Source: Macrostomum hystrix (Eukaryota; Animalia; Platyhelminthes). From it: a stretch of 64,000 bases of DNA. Every line of letters starts with the position of its first letter. Position 1 is the stretch's first letter. The stretch is taken from NCBI GenBank assembly GCA_950097015.1, contig CATNEN010000034.1, positions 7,068,001 to 7,132,000 on the forward strand, in the 5' to 3' direction. The position numbers and the translations under genes were made by a program. Shown here piece by piece: positions 13,301 to 25,429 of this stretch. The notes below the pieces were generated by a model. It had not been told where the DNA came from. It did not search any database and saw only the letters and a program-made list of their open reading frames with translations.

Positions 13301-13444
13301 GTCAAGTCCAAGCCGAACGGCGATCGCTACTTCGTTGACCCGGACTTTGGCAGCCTGAATGGCAAGCCGAAACGGCTTTTCCAGTTCGGCGAGGGCGCCT
13401 TTGACGAGGTCTGCCGCTACATGACCACCTGCCGCATTGCCTAG
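10385..13444 (+). CDS. 519-aa protein with acidic/low-complexity N-terminus and divergent C-terminal ETS-like winged-helix domain; exons 10385-10975, 11401-11983, 12283-12520, 13297-13444
   Basis: Junctions GAG|gtgtgg..ctgaccag|GAC (phase 0), CCG|gtgggt..cacactcag|AG (phase 1) and AA|gtcagt..ttcgcag|G (phase 2) sum to 1560 nt = 520 codons. Motifs VHRFLMVMLVD, FHIRQSAYVGLLWGRYKGNECFDYATLGDAIK and KRLFQFG align by eye with ETS LWQFLLELL, FKL.DPDEVARRWG.RK....NY.KLSRALR and KRYVYRF. Confidence 0.78.
11099..11340. repeat. 35-nt minisatellite (GGCTGCATTAGACTGTTACATTGGTCACAAAACAC)n in intron 1 of the ETS-like gene
   Basis: Period of 35, about 7 copies. Confidence 0.92.
12018..12226. repeat. 42-nt minisatellite (CTGGAATCGCAGCAGGGACTGTAGAGCATTCGTGTACCATAG-like) in intron 2 of the ETS-like gene
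   Basis: About 5 copies; the first copy has 4 extra nt. Confidence 0.9.
12611..13272. repeat. 28-nt minisatellite (GTGTCAGTGACTGGCTGTAAATATGTTT)n in intron 3 of the ETS-like gene
   Basis: Period of 28, about 23 copies, ending about 24 nt before the acceptor at 13296. Confidence 0.95.
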
Positions 13445-13485
13445 GCTCGTGGCCACTTAGTGAATATGACAAAATTAAAGGAGAG

Positions 13486-13491
13486 AATAAA
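13486..13491 (+). promoter_or_regulatory. AATAAA polyadenylation signal of the ETS-like gene
   Basis: Canonical hexamer about 42 nt after the TAG stop. Confidence 0.5.
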
Positions 13492-16476
13492 ACTTAAAGG
13501 AAATGAGGACGCTGGTAAAATACTACTTTTTCATATCGTCAGTATCACATTTTTACCACATTTAAATCGTAACTTCTGTACTCCCTTCTAACAATCTAAC
13601 TAACCGCCTTCAGTTTGAGTAACAGTCGCTTGCTCTTGGTCGTTTTTACTCTAGAGGTGAGGCACATTTTGTTTATTTAACACATCTCAATCAACCCTAT
13701 ATTAAACTCTCTTTACTGTGTGTACACTAGCTATATTTTCTTGAGCTCGTAGCTCACCAAAAAATGTAAGTATTTTTTAAAATCGATTTTAGTGAAACAA
13801 TAACTATCACTGCCGATTAAACGGTCGATAATTTTTCTCGCATACTCGTAGGATAGGGGAATTTTAATCATTTTACGGGTTTTGGTGTTCATGGCTTTGG
13901 GCAAATTTAAAACTTGGTACACTCCGTAATTTATAAAATATCGTTAACTTTTTCTACCTGTTAATTCCGCTGCGAAACTAAATAATGTGTTTTATTCTTA
14001 ATTTTGTATAGAAATGTTTCTATTTTTCCTGCTTACTCCAGATTAACAAAGTGAGCTCTTTTGTCGGTGTTGATTTATTTTTTATTAGTCATCATGTCCT
14101 TTGTGCGCTACTAACTAGTAGCGAGCAGTAGCGTGGTAAGCAAAAACTAAAGATTTCTATTTTAGAACTGTTCCGAAAGTTGACTTTAAAGCGCTTTTGT
14201 GTTGGAAAACGCCCACCTCAGTGTGTGTGAATTAAGCTTTTTATTTTTACGGATTAGTTTTTCGTGAAACAATACACTTTTTACTTTTGCGCACTTTAAA
14301 AGTGATATTTTTTACTTCCAAATGTTTAGATTTCAATATTATCATCTTTCATACAAAATTGTTGCGCTTACAGTTTATGATTATCTTAGTTTTTTCTTCA
14401 CTTTATTTTCGGATTTGTATTATAGCTACTGAATCTAATCAGCAGTCTAAAAAAGTGGCTACTGTTAAAAGTCCAAAAGTTAGAATGTACTTTAAAACGT
14501 CTCGCTTTCGGGTAAACGACGGGTGTAACTATACCTTAGATGGTAAAGTTAATTGCTTCGCCATCTAATTAGTGACGACATAAAAGTAAATATTAAGGCT
14601 TAAGGTGGCGGATTAGCAGGGCCGAGATTAGGAAGAAGGAAGGCGACTGCAGTTTGCGAGATGCCAGTATGGTCAGTGGGAAGCGGAGAGACTGCAGCGG
14701 AGGGCCTTCCCAGTCTGACCTTGGACCGATCGATAATAGCCAGACAGACGGGAACTTGCTATAGAGGAGTGAGGGATGTCTGCAGGCCGGGGACGAGAGG
14801 GGAGCGAGCCAAAAGTGCAGACGGGTGAAGCGGGGGTTGGCTGATGTGGCGGCCAGTGTGTGGGACTGCGAATCCGGGTGAGAAGGAACTGGAACCGCAC
14901 CTCATCTTTTCTCCTTACTGCCGTTGTCTGTCTGTCTGACTGCGTGTCACTTCCCAGAGTCTGACGCCGGGATTGGGAATCCAGACTCACGCTCTGCCTC
15001 TGCCACTTTATAGCTTACTATTGCGACAATTTATAGGGCTGCGCTGTAGTAGGTGAGGATGTTACATGTGCTTCCGTGATGTCATAATTTAGTCCGTCTA
15101 TCAATCGGATTTTGTCAATCAATCGGTGAATTAGTTAAAAAAAATTACAGAAAAAAGCAGAGTGAAATTAATGTAATTCGGTCATTTTTTAATATCCCGT
15201 CGGCATTGGAAGACTGGGAATTTGGATTAGATGTATCAGCAGAAGTCACATCCTTGAGATGCCAACCTGCCAAACTGCTAGTTGGTTAATTAACAAATTG
15301 TTAACTTCACGGCTGAGCTGCCTGTCTGCGTTGGCAAAGTTAACGTCTCAGGGATTAGACAGAACCTGCTGCCACTGTTTGCACTTTAGGGCGAGTAAAA
15401 TGATATAAGATAAAATCTCAATCTGTCAGTAGTTAGATCCTAGATGGCTAGAAAGAGATATTTCAATTTACATGAAAATTTAAACTTTGAGGTGCAATAA
15501 ATTTGCACAATTTAGATTTATATTATATAGTCAGACATGTCAGCAATGGACATACCTTTTACGTTCTTTTGGGTCCAGACAGCGTGACCCCGCCTGATAC
15601 AGGCACCGCTAGCCGGCTCGGGTAGGACAAAAATGAAAAAAGTGTGCGGAGGCGGCGGACGATAGAGACGGGAGTAGGGCGGGACTCACTCAACGTGCCC
15701 TGCCATTTTTATCTGGGGCTTAAGGGGCCGGCGGGGGTGGTCGCAGTCGTTCTTTCCACTCTCCTCCCCTTGCAGTGAGAGACCCAGACAGACACGAGAG
15801 AGAGAGGCCCACGGGGAGAGAAGGAACGTATTAGACATAATAAACGGCCACAGTATTAGTAAACTGTGTATGATCGTATACTTTACAAAAGGCTGGGCGG
15901 CGCAGCGGGTGGCCTGGGGTTTTAGGCGTTAGAAAGGAGTTTGGAAGGAGGCTAGAGGGGCCATAAAAGTGAATGGAAAGGCAACTGCTCTCTGAATCTA
16001 ATTGGACGGGGGGGTGGTAGGTTGGGAATAGGCCCCAGTGCAGAGTAAAAAGAGTACAGGCGCACTCAAGGCAGTGCGCTTGTTCTGTCTGCCCAACCCT
16101 GTCTGTCTGGCTGTCTAGCTGGCTGACATGCTTACATTCTAAGCATAACGGTTTTTATCGCATTAACGAAATCAGTTTAATGTGTAACCGCTTTATTAAT
16201 ATCTGCTAATGCTATTTTTTTCCCGGAGTAGCAAGAATTAACCACGGAAAAAAGAATAGAATGGAGTGCTATTCTGAGCCAGCATTTTTTGTTTCGCTTT
16301 ATCTTCACTTTTGGCATCCTTGCCCCCGCGTTCCTTCCTATTGGCTCGTGAATGACATAGACGAACGCGTTTTATTATTTTATATTCTAATTAAATATAT
16401 ATGTAGATTAAATGCCTGCGTCTCTGGCAGCATAGGGCATGTTGAGCTGGTTTCTCGCAAATACGTTCGTCTATGG

Positions 16477-19400
16477 CTGGGGTCGGCAAACTCCGGCCCA
16501 CGGGCCAGATGCTCCCAAATCCGGCCCGTTGCCCCTTCCGGCACCTCTTAGTATACAGTTTCATCTTTCACTTGTCTCATCTCTTCCGTGTGTCATCTCT
16601 CCCGTGTCCCACCTCTTCCGTGTCTTATCTCTCCCGTGTCTCGTCTCTCCCGCGTCTTGTCTCTCCATTGTCTCGTCTCTCCCGCGTCTTGTCTCTCCCG
16701 TGTCTCGTCTCTCCCGCGTCTTGTCTGTCCATTGTCTCGTCTCTCCCGTGTGTCATCTCTCCCGTGTCTCGTCTCTCCCGCGTCTTGTCTCTCCCGCGTC
16801 TTGTCTCTCCATTGTCTCGTCTCTCCCGTGTGTCATCTCTCCCGTGTCCCACCTCTTCCGTGTCTTATCACTCCCGTGTCTCGTCTCTCCCGTGTTTCGT
16901 CTCTCCCGTGTCTTGTCTCTCCATTGTCTCGTCTCTCCCGTGTGTCATCTCTCCCGTGTCTCGTCTCTCCCGCGTCTTGTCTCTCCATTGTCTCGTCTCT
17001 CCCGTGTGTCATCTCTCCCGTGTCTCGTCTCTCCCGCGTCTTGTCTCTCCCGCGTCTTGTCTCTCCATTGTCTCGTCTCTCCCGTGTGTCATCTCTCCCG
17101 TGTCTCGTCTCTCCCGCGTCTTGTCTCTCCCGCGTCTTGTCTCTCCATTGTCTCGTCTCTCCCGTGTCTCGTCTCTCCCGCGTCTTGTCTCTCCATTGTC
17201 TCGTCTCTCCCGTGTGTCATCTCTACCGTGTCCCACCTCTTCCGTGTCTTATCTCTCCCGTGTCTCGTCTCTCCCGTGTCTCGTCTCTCCCGCGTCTTGT
17301 CTCTCCCGCGTCTTGTCTCTCCATTGTCTCGTCTCTCCCGTGTGTCATCTCTCCCGTGTCTCGTCTCTCCCGCGTCTTGTCTCTCCCGCGTCTTGTCTCT
17401 CCATTGTCTCGTCTCTCCCGTGTGTCATCTCTCCCGTGTCCCACCTCTTCCGTGTCTTATCACTCCCGTGTCTCGTCTCTCCCGTGTCTCGTCTCTCCCG
17501 TGTCTTGTCTCTCCATTGTCTCGTCTCTCCCGTGTGTCATCTCTCCCGTGTCTCGTCTCTCCCGCGTCTTGTCTCTCCATTGTCTCGTCTCTCCCGTGTG
17601 TCATCTCTCCCGTGTCTCGTCTCTCCCGCGTCTTGTCTCTCCCGTGTGTCATCTCTCCCGTGTCTCGTCTCTCCCGCGTCTTGTCTCTCCATTGTCTCGT
17701 CTCTCCCGTGTGTCATCTCTCCCGTGTCTCGTCTCTCCCGCGTCTTGTCTCTCCCGCGTCTTGTCTCTCCATTGTCTCGTCTCTCCCGTGTGTCATCTCT
17801 CCCGTGTCCCACCTCTTCCGTGTCTTATCACTCCCGTGTCTCGTCTCTCCCGTGTTTCGTCTCTCCCGTGTCTTGTCTCTCCATTGTCTCGTCTCTCCCG
17901 TGTGTCATCTCTCCCGTGTCTCGTCTCTCCCGCGTCTTGTCTCTCCATTGTCTCGTCTCTCCCGTGTGTCATCTCTCCCGTGTCTCGTCTCTCCCGCGTC
18001 TTGTCTCTCCCGCGTCTTGTCTCTCCATTGTCTCGTCTCTCCCGTGTGTCATCTCTCCCGTGTCTCGTCTCTCCCGCGTCTTGTCTCTCCCGCGTCTTGT
18101 CTCTCCATTGTCTCGTCTCTCCCGTGTCTCGTCTCTCCCGCGTCTTGTCTCTCCATTGTCTCGTCTCTCCCGTGTGTCATCTCTCCCGTGTCCCACCTCT
18201 TCCGTGTCTTATCTCTCCCGTGTCTCGTCTCTCCCGTGTCTCGTCTCTCCCGCGTCTTGTCTCTCCCGCGTCTTGTCTCTCCATTGTCTCGTCTCTCCCG
18301 TGTGTCATCTCTCCCGTGTCTCGTCTCTCCCGCGTCTTGTCTCTCCCGCGTCTTGTCTCTCCATTGTCTCGTCTCTCCCGTGTGTCATCTCCCGTGTCCC
18401 ACCTCTTCCGTGTCTTATCACTCCCGTGTCTCGTCTCTCCCGTGTCTCGTCTCTCCCGTGTCTCACCTCTTCCGTGTCTTATCTCTCCATTGTCTCATCT
18501 CTCGTGTGTCATCTCTCCCGTGTCTTATCTCTCCATTGTCTCGTCTCTCCCGTGTCTTATCTCTCCATTGTCTCGTCTCTCGCGTGTCTTGTCTCTCCAT
18601 TGTCTCATCTCTCCCGTGTCTCATCTCTCCCGTGTCTCACCTCTTCCGTGTCTTATCTCTCCCGTGTCTCACCTCTTCCGTGTCTCATCTCTCCCGTGTC
18701 TTGTCTCTCCATTGTCTCGTCTCTCCCGTGTCTTGTCTCTCCATTGTCTCGTCTCTCCCGTGTCTTATCTCTCCCGTGTCTCATCTCTCGTGTGTCATCT
18801 CTCCCGTGTCTTGTCTCTCCATTGTCTCGTCTCTCCCGTGTCTCATCTCTCCCGTGTCTCACCTCTTCCGTGTCTCATCTCTCCCGTGTCTCATCTCTCG
18901 TGTGTCATCTCTCCCGTGTCTTGTCTCTCCATTGTCTCGTCTCTCCCGTGTCTTGTCTCTCCATTGTCTCGTCTCTCCCGTGTGTCATCTCTCCCGTGTC
19001 TCATCTCTCCCGTGTCTCACCTCTTCCGTGTCTCATCTCTCCCGTGTCTCACCTCTTCCGTGTCTTATCTCTCCCGTGTCTCGTCTCTCCCGTGTCTTAT
19101 CTCTCCATTGTCTCGTCTCTCGCGTGTCTTGTCTTTCCATTGTCTCATCTCTCCCGTGTCTCATCTCTCCCGTGTCCCACCTCTTCCGTGTCTCATCTCT
19201 CCCGTGTCTCGTCTCTCCCGCGTCTTGTCTCTCCCGCGTCTTGTCTCTCCATTGTCTCGTCTCTTCCGTGTCTTATCTCTCCATTGTCTCGTCTCTCGCG
19301 TGTCTTGTCTCTCCATTGTCTCATCTCTCCCGTGTCTCATCTCTCCCGTGTCTCACCTCTTCCGTGTCTTATCTCTCCATTGTCTCATCTCTCCCGTGTC

Positions 19401-19904
19401 TCATCTCTCCCGTGTCTCACCTCTTCCGTGTCTCATCTCTCCCGTGTCTCACCTCTTCTGTGTCTTATCTCTCCCGTGTCTCGTCTCTCCCGTGTCTTAT
19501 CTCTCCATTGTCTTGTCTCTCCCGTGTCTTGTCTCTCCATTGTCTCGTCTCTCCCGTGTGCCATCTCTCCCGTGTCTCATCTCTCGTGTGTCATCTCTCC
19601 CGTGTCTCATCTCTCCCGTGTCTCATCTCTCCATTGTCTCGTCTCTCCCGTGTCTTATCTCTCCATTGTCTCGTCTCTCCCGTGTCTTGTCTCTCCATTG
19701 TCTCATATATCCCGTGTCTTATCTCTCCTGTGCCTCATCTCTCCCGTGCCTCATCTCTCCAGTGCCTCATCTCTCCCGTGTCTTATGTCTCCCCTATCTC
19801 TGATATACGAGCTATTACCCATATATTTACACAGTTAATGCGGCCCGCTGTCGTCTTTTAGGTTCTCTTTTTTGCCCGCAAGCTAATAAGTTTGCCGACC
19901 CCTG
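16477..19904. mobile_element. Non-autonomous hAT (Charlie-like) DNA transposon, 3.4 kb, interior replaced by a minisatellite
   Basis: TIRs are CTGGGGTCGGCAAACT (16477) and AGTTTGCCGACCCCTG (ends 19904), a 15/16 match. A perfect 8-bp TSD GTCTATGG flanks it at 16469-16476 and 19905-19912. Subterminal GGCCC motifs are present. An 8-bp TSD and CAGGGGT-type ends are established hAT traits. Confidence 0.9.
16570..19800. repeat. Complex minisatellite of about 16 nt (GTGTCTCGTCTCTCCC / GTCTTGTCTCTCCATT variants) with a 960-bp higher-order duplication
   Basis: Identical translated blocks at 17009-17236 and 17969-18196 (offset 960). Confidence 0.95.
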
Positions 19905-21164
19905 GTCTATGGCATTGACTAGCCAATAGGAAGGAACGGAGGGACAAGGATGCAAAAAATCAAAATTGAGCGAAACAAAAATAGCTGGTTCAGAATAGCA
20001 TTCCATTCTGTTCTTTTTCCATGGAATTTACTCGTTGGGTTGGTCTGGAGTGGAGTATGACTATGAGCCGTGGGTGTCGTTACGACAATTCCGTAATGAA
20101 TCCTTATTTTTCAGAGAACATTAAGTTTTTTCTGGCAATTGTAGCTTTAACACACTGATTTATAGAGCCTTCTTAATCTCGGGACTTCTTGGAGGTCTCT
20201 TTAGGTTTGTGTCTGTGTGAATACAGAATACCAAACAAACGAGTCAACGATTGACCAACCTAGAGAGACAATTAAAGGACGGAGACTAGACCACAAATAG
20301 AGCTCATGAGTTCGATATCGTACGATTGCATGTAGTTAGCACGCTCTGAACGCGTGCCTATATCTACATGAACATTGACACAGCTTGGCCTTTCTCATAT
20401 TTGACTTAACAAAAAAACTGCAGAAATATTGTTCTGCTCCTGAATGCTCTACTTCAAGTAAAGTGGTGAACATATGGGCAAAATGTTTTAATAGAGCAAA
20501 AATTCAAGCTAACTTTTTGTTGTAATGGTCGGTCAAAGGCGTTGCAAAGCATGGCTTCTGGAGATTATAGTTTCACCTCTAACTGCATGCTTCTGTGAAG
20601 CTTTATTCTAAATAAAACTCCAATCAAATTTCACAAGCAGATAAGCCAGCTTTGGCTTTCGCTCGTCCGGCATGTACAAATTTAGACGGCAAAGCTGCGT
20701 TGTCTTATACGAACGATTTGCACTAATGACAGTCAGTCAGTGCCAGAAAAAAAATTATGATCTAACTGTGACTCGAGAAGCCTTTCGAGAAGTCAGATTT
20801 CAAGGCCTTGATGCTCACTATTTAAACTCGAGCTTAAGAAATAAAAGCTCGTGTAATAATCCCAGCACGATTCTCGAACCCGATCTAGATTCACCTTCTC
20901 ACCTTCTCAACTACGGCGCGTTCTCGCTGTGTTCATTACGAGCTTACTGTGGCATAATGCACTTTGGCTTGACAGTCTCTGCATTTCGCGCATCAGTCAG
21001 CATTCGCCCGACGTCTTTCTGTGTCTCTATACTCTGATAGCGTGCACCTGCACGAAGGCTCGGGCTGAACTGATGAGCATTAATTCTAATTCTAATTCTA
21101 ATTTCCCACAGGTCTCACACTGAATTACCTAAGATGTAACTACCGACCCTATGTCAGACTGATA

Positions 21165-22730
21165 CTAACATCCCACTCCTCCCACTGAAATCCCACTCCT
21201 ACCACTGATATCCGACTGAAATCCCACTCTGACCACTGATATCCCACTCCTCCCACTGAAATCCCACTCCTCCCACTGAAATCCAACTCTGACCACTGAT
21301 ATCCCACTCCTCCCACTGAAATCCCACTCCTCCCACTGATATCCTATTCCTCCCACTAAAATCCCACTCTGACCACTGATATCCCATTACTCCCACTGAT
21401 ATCCCATTACTCCCACTGAAATCCCACTCTTTCCACTGGATATCCCACTGATATCCCACTCTTCCCACTGGATATCCCACTGATATCCCACTCCTCCCAC
21501 TGACATCCCACTCCTCCCAATTCATATTATCCTACTGATATCCAACTCCTCCCACTGATATCCTACTCCTCCCACTGATATCCTACTCCTCCCACTGATA
21601 TCCTACTCCTCCCACTGATATCCTACTCCTCCCACTGATATCCTACTCCTCCCACTGATATCCAACTCCTCCCACTGATATCCTACTCCTCCCACTGATA
21701 TCCAACTCCTCCCACTGATATCCAACTCCTCCCACTGATATCCAACTCCTCCCACTGATATCCTACTCCTCCCACTGATATCCAACTCCTCCCACTGATA
21801 TCCTACTCCTCCCACTGATATCCTACTCCTCCCACTGATATCCTACTCCTCCCACTGATATCCTACTCCTCCCACTGATATCCAACTCCTCCCACTGATA
21901 TCCAACTCCTCCCACTGATATCCTACTCCTCCCACTGATATCCTACTCCTCCCACTGATATCCTACTCCTCCCATGGATATACTACTCCTCCCACTGATA
22001 TCCTACTCCTCCCACTGATATCCTACTCCTCCCACTGATATCCTACTCCTCCCACTGATATCCAACTCCTCCCACTGATATCCTACTCCTCCCACTGATA
22101 TCCCACTCCTCCCACTGATATCCTACTCCTCCCACTGATATCCTACTCCTCCCACTGATATCCTACTCCTCCCACTGATATCCTACTCCTCCCACTGATA
22201 TCCTACTCCTCCCACTGATATCCTACTCCTCCCACTGATATCCTACTCCTCCCACTGATATCCTACTCCTCCCACTGATATCCTACTCCTCCCACTGATA
22301 TCCAACTCCTCCCACTGATATCCAACTCCTCCCACTGATATCCTACTCCTCCCACTGATATCCAACTCCTCCCACTGATATCCTACTCCTCCCACTGATA
22401 TCCTACTCCTCCCACTGATATCCTACTCCTCCCACTGATATCCAACTCCTCCCACTGATATCCTACTCCTCCCACTGATATCTAACTCCTCCCACTGATA
22501 TCCAACTCCTCCCACTGATATCCAACTCCTCCCACTGATATCCTACTCCTCCCACTGATATCCAACTCCTCCCACTGATATCCTACTCCTCCCACTGATA
22601 TCCTACTCCTCCCACTGATATCCTACTTCTCCCACTGATATCCTACTCCTCCCACTGATATCCTACTCCTCCCACTGATATCCTACTCCTCCCACTGATA
22701 TCCTACTCCTCCCACTGATATCCTACTCCT
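21165..22730. repeat. 20-nt minisatellite (TCCTACTCCTCCCACTGATA)n with a degenerate 5' flank
   Basis: Period of 20 is visible as identical columns in the listing. Confidence 0.96.
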
Positions 22731-23636
22731 CCTTCGGGCCATCCAACTATTCCCCCAGTTGTATTCAGCTCCTCTTACAATTCACTATTCCTATTGGGAT
22801 GAATATCCCTTCGCGACAATATTCCACCCTCGGGCTGAAAAATGAGGCATGCATTAATTCGGACTCTCGTACAGGAGTGAGCGGGAGGGTGGACTGGGGC
22901 TGTATTCACTGGGGAGTCTTAGAGGTTTCCGTTTTTTTTCGTCGGGCTTTTTATGAGTTACTTTTTATAGCGGTCGAGAAAAGTCATTACGCAGTAATTA
23001 TCAGCCTGGGGTACCCGCTCGGAACACACCACTACATGCAACTTACTTTAACTGCTTACGAGATAAAGGAGGCCAACTGATGATAAAAGCTTTCCCTCAA
23101 ACTGAAATTCCTTTGAAGAAAATTCCAATGTGATCAGAACGCTTAAATTTATTTCTACTTATACATTCTTACAACATTTACTTCTGCAATGTCGTTCCCT
23201 ATAACCTATAGTCACAGTGTGTCCTTCATTACCGACAATATCTTTTCTTTAAAACCTATAGTGTGTCATTCATTGCCGACAAGTTCGTTCCTTATAACCT
23301 ATAGTGGATTATTTATTACCAACAATTTCGTTTCCTATAACCCAGTTTTTAATTTTTCCCATTTTTCGAACAAGCCGCACGAAGATACGCATTGGTAATT
23401 ATTCACACTCACACTCCACGCCAGTGTTTCACTTCCTTTTCATCCGGAACTTATTTGAAAATGTATCCGCTCCCAGTCAGTAAGACCTGCAAAAATAGGA
23501 TTTACAGTAGGAAACACTGCTCAAATTTGTATCAGCGCACAGGAATTGAAACGGAAAGTGAGCAGGAAAAGGTATTGTCATGTGAGTCATGTGATCAGGA
23601 CTGAGTATGGCATAGTGCAGAGCTCCCTCCCACAGC

Positions 23637-24978
23637 CTGATGTCTGCCTGATGTCTGCCTGATGTCTGCCTGATTTCTGCCTGATGTCTGCCTGATGTCT
23701 GCCTGATGTCTGCCTGATGTCTGCCTGATGTCTGCCTGATGTCTGCCTGATGTCTGCCTGATGTCTGCCTGATGTCTGCCTGATGTCTGCCTGATGTCGG
23801 CCTTATGCCTGCCTGATGTCTGCCTGATGTCGGCCTTATGCCTGCCTGATGCCTGCCTGATGTCGGCCTTATGCCTGCCTTATGCCTGCCTGATGTCTGC
23901 CTTATGCCTGCCTGATGTCTGCCTTATGCCTGCCTGATGTCTGCCTGATGTCTGCCTGATGTCTGCCTGATGTCTGCCTGATGTCTGCCTGATGTCTGCC
24001 TGATGTCTGCCTGATGTCGGCCTTATGCCTGCCTGATGTCTGCCTGATGTCGGCCTTATGCCTGCCTGATGCCTGCCTGATGTCGGCCTTATGCCTGCCT
24101 GATGTCTGCCTGATGTCGGCCTTATGCCTGCCTGATGTCTGCCTGATGTCTGCCTGATGTCTGCCTGATGTCTGCCTGATGTCTGCCTGATGTCGGCCTT
24201 ATGCCTGCCTGATGTCTGCCTGATGTCGGCCTTATGCCTGCCTGATGCCTGCCTGATGTCGGCCTTATGCCTGCCTTATGCCTGCCTGATGTCTGCCTTA
24301 TGCCTGCCTGATGTCTGCCTGATGTCTGCCTGATGTCTGCCTGATGTCTGCCTGATGTCTGCCTGATGTCTGCCTTATGCCTGCCTGATGTCTGCCTTAT
24401 GCCTGCCTGATGTCTGCCTTATGCCTGCCTGATGTCTGCCTGATGTCTGCCTGATGTCTGCCTGATGTCTGCCTGATGTCTGCCTGATGTCGGCCTTATG
24501 TCGGCCTTATGCCTGCCTGATGTCTGCCTGATGTCGGCCTTATGTCTGCCTGATGTCGGCCTGATGTCGGCCTTATGCCTGCCTGATGTCGGCCTGATGT
24601 CTGCCTGATGTCTGCCTGATGCCTGCCTGATGTCTGCCTGATGTCGGCCTTATGTCTGCCTGATGTCGGCCTGATGTCGGCCTTATGCCTGCCTGATGTC
24701 GGCCTGATGTCTGCCTGATGTCTGCCTGATGTCGGCCTGATGTCTGCCTGATGTCTGCCTGATGTCGGCCTGATGTCTGCCTGATGTCTGCCTGATGTCT
24801 GCCTGATGTCGGCCTTATGCCTGCCTGATGTCGGCCTGATGTCGGCCTTATGCCTGCCTGATGTCGGCCTGATGTCTGCCTGATGTCTGCCTGATGTCGG
24901 CCTGATGTCTGCCTGATGTCTGCCTGATGTCTGCCTGATGTCGGCCTTATGCCTGCCTGATGTCGGCCTGATGTCTGC
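23637..24978. repeat. 11-nt minisatellite (TGTCTGCCTGA)n with variants
   Basis: Period of 11, about 120 copies. Confidence 0.96.
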
Positions 24979-25429
24979 TGTGCAGTTTTGCGCTGAGCCA
25001 GTGATCCATTCTACTTTGTTGGCTAGAATCCCTTTTTGTTTAATTACCCTAACCTCAGATCTAAAGAGAGCCACATTGCATTCACCCATTTCACTAAGTG
25101 CAGCGTTGCATTACGCTAGTTTCAGCGAGTGCATTTGCAAACATGACTTTGTCGGCCATTTTTCCGCCCTTAACGAGCTGTATTACTCGCTTATTTCGTG
25201 AATCTGACAAGAAAGATAGGCTGTGTTGTGAGATCAGGAAAAGAACGAAGGCGCTTGTTATCTTAATAAACAATTAGATGGACATAATTTTGTTTTTGCA
25301 TCTCTAGGTGGGCGTGTTCTAGGCTTGCGAATGCAATGTTTAGCTCAGTGAACATTTCAGCATCTGCCAGGGGCACCACTGATTCCTGCCAGCGGGATTG
25401 CCATTGCCTAAAATGGTCTACAAATTATC

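Larger units (their letters stand above)
16242..20024. mobile_element. Older MITE-like inverted-repeat element (about 350 bp without the insertion, arms about 130 bp), split by the hAT insertion
   Basis: 16242-16370 (ccacggaaaaaagaatagaatggagtgctattctgagccagc...cctattggctcgtgaatgacatagacgaacg) is an imperfect reverse complement of 16464-16476 plus 19913-20024 (cgttcgtctatgg/cattgactagccaatagg...gaatagcattccattctgttctttttccatgg). Outer termini and TSD are not resolved. Confidence 0.65.

Noticed and set aside
16439-19861. Three >1000-aa ORFs (all + frames) rich in S/L/V/C/R/P
   Set aside because: They are translations of the satellite inside the hAT. The unit has almost no A on this strand, so no stops arise, and all three frames being open is diagnostic of that.
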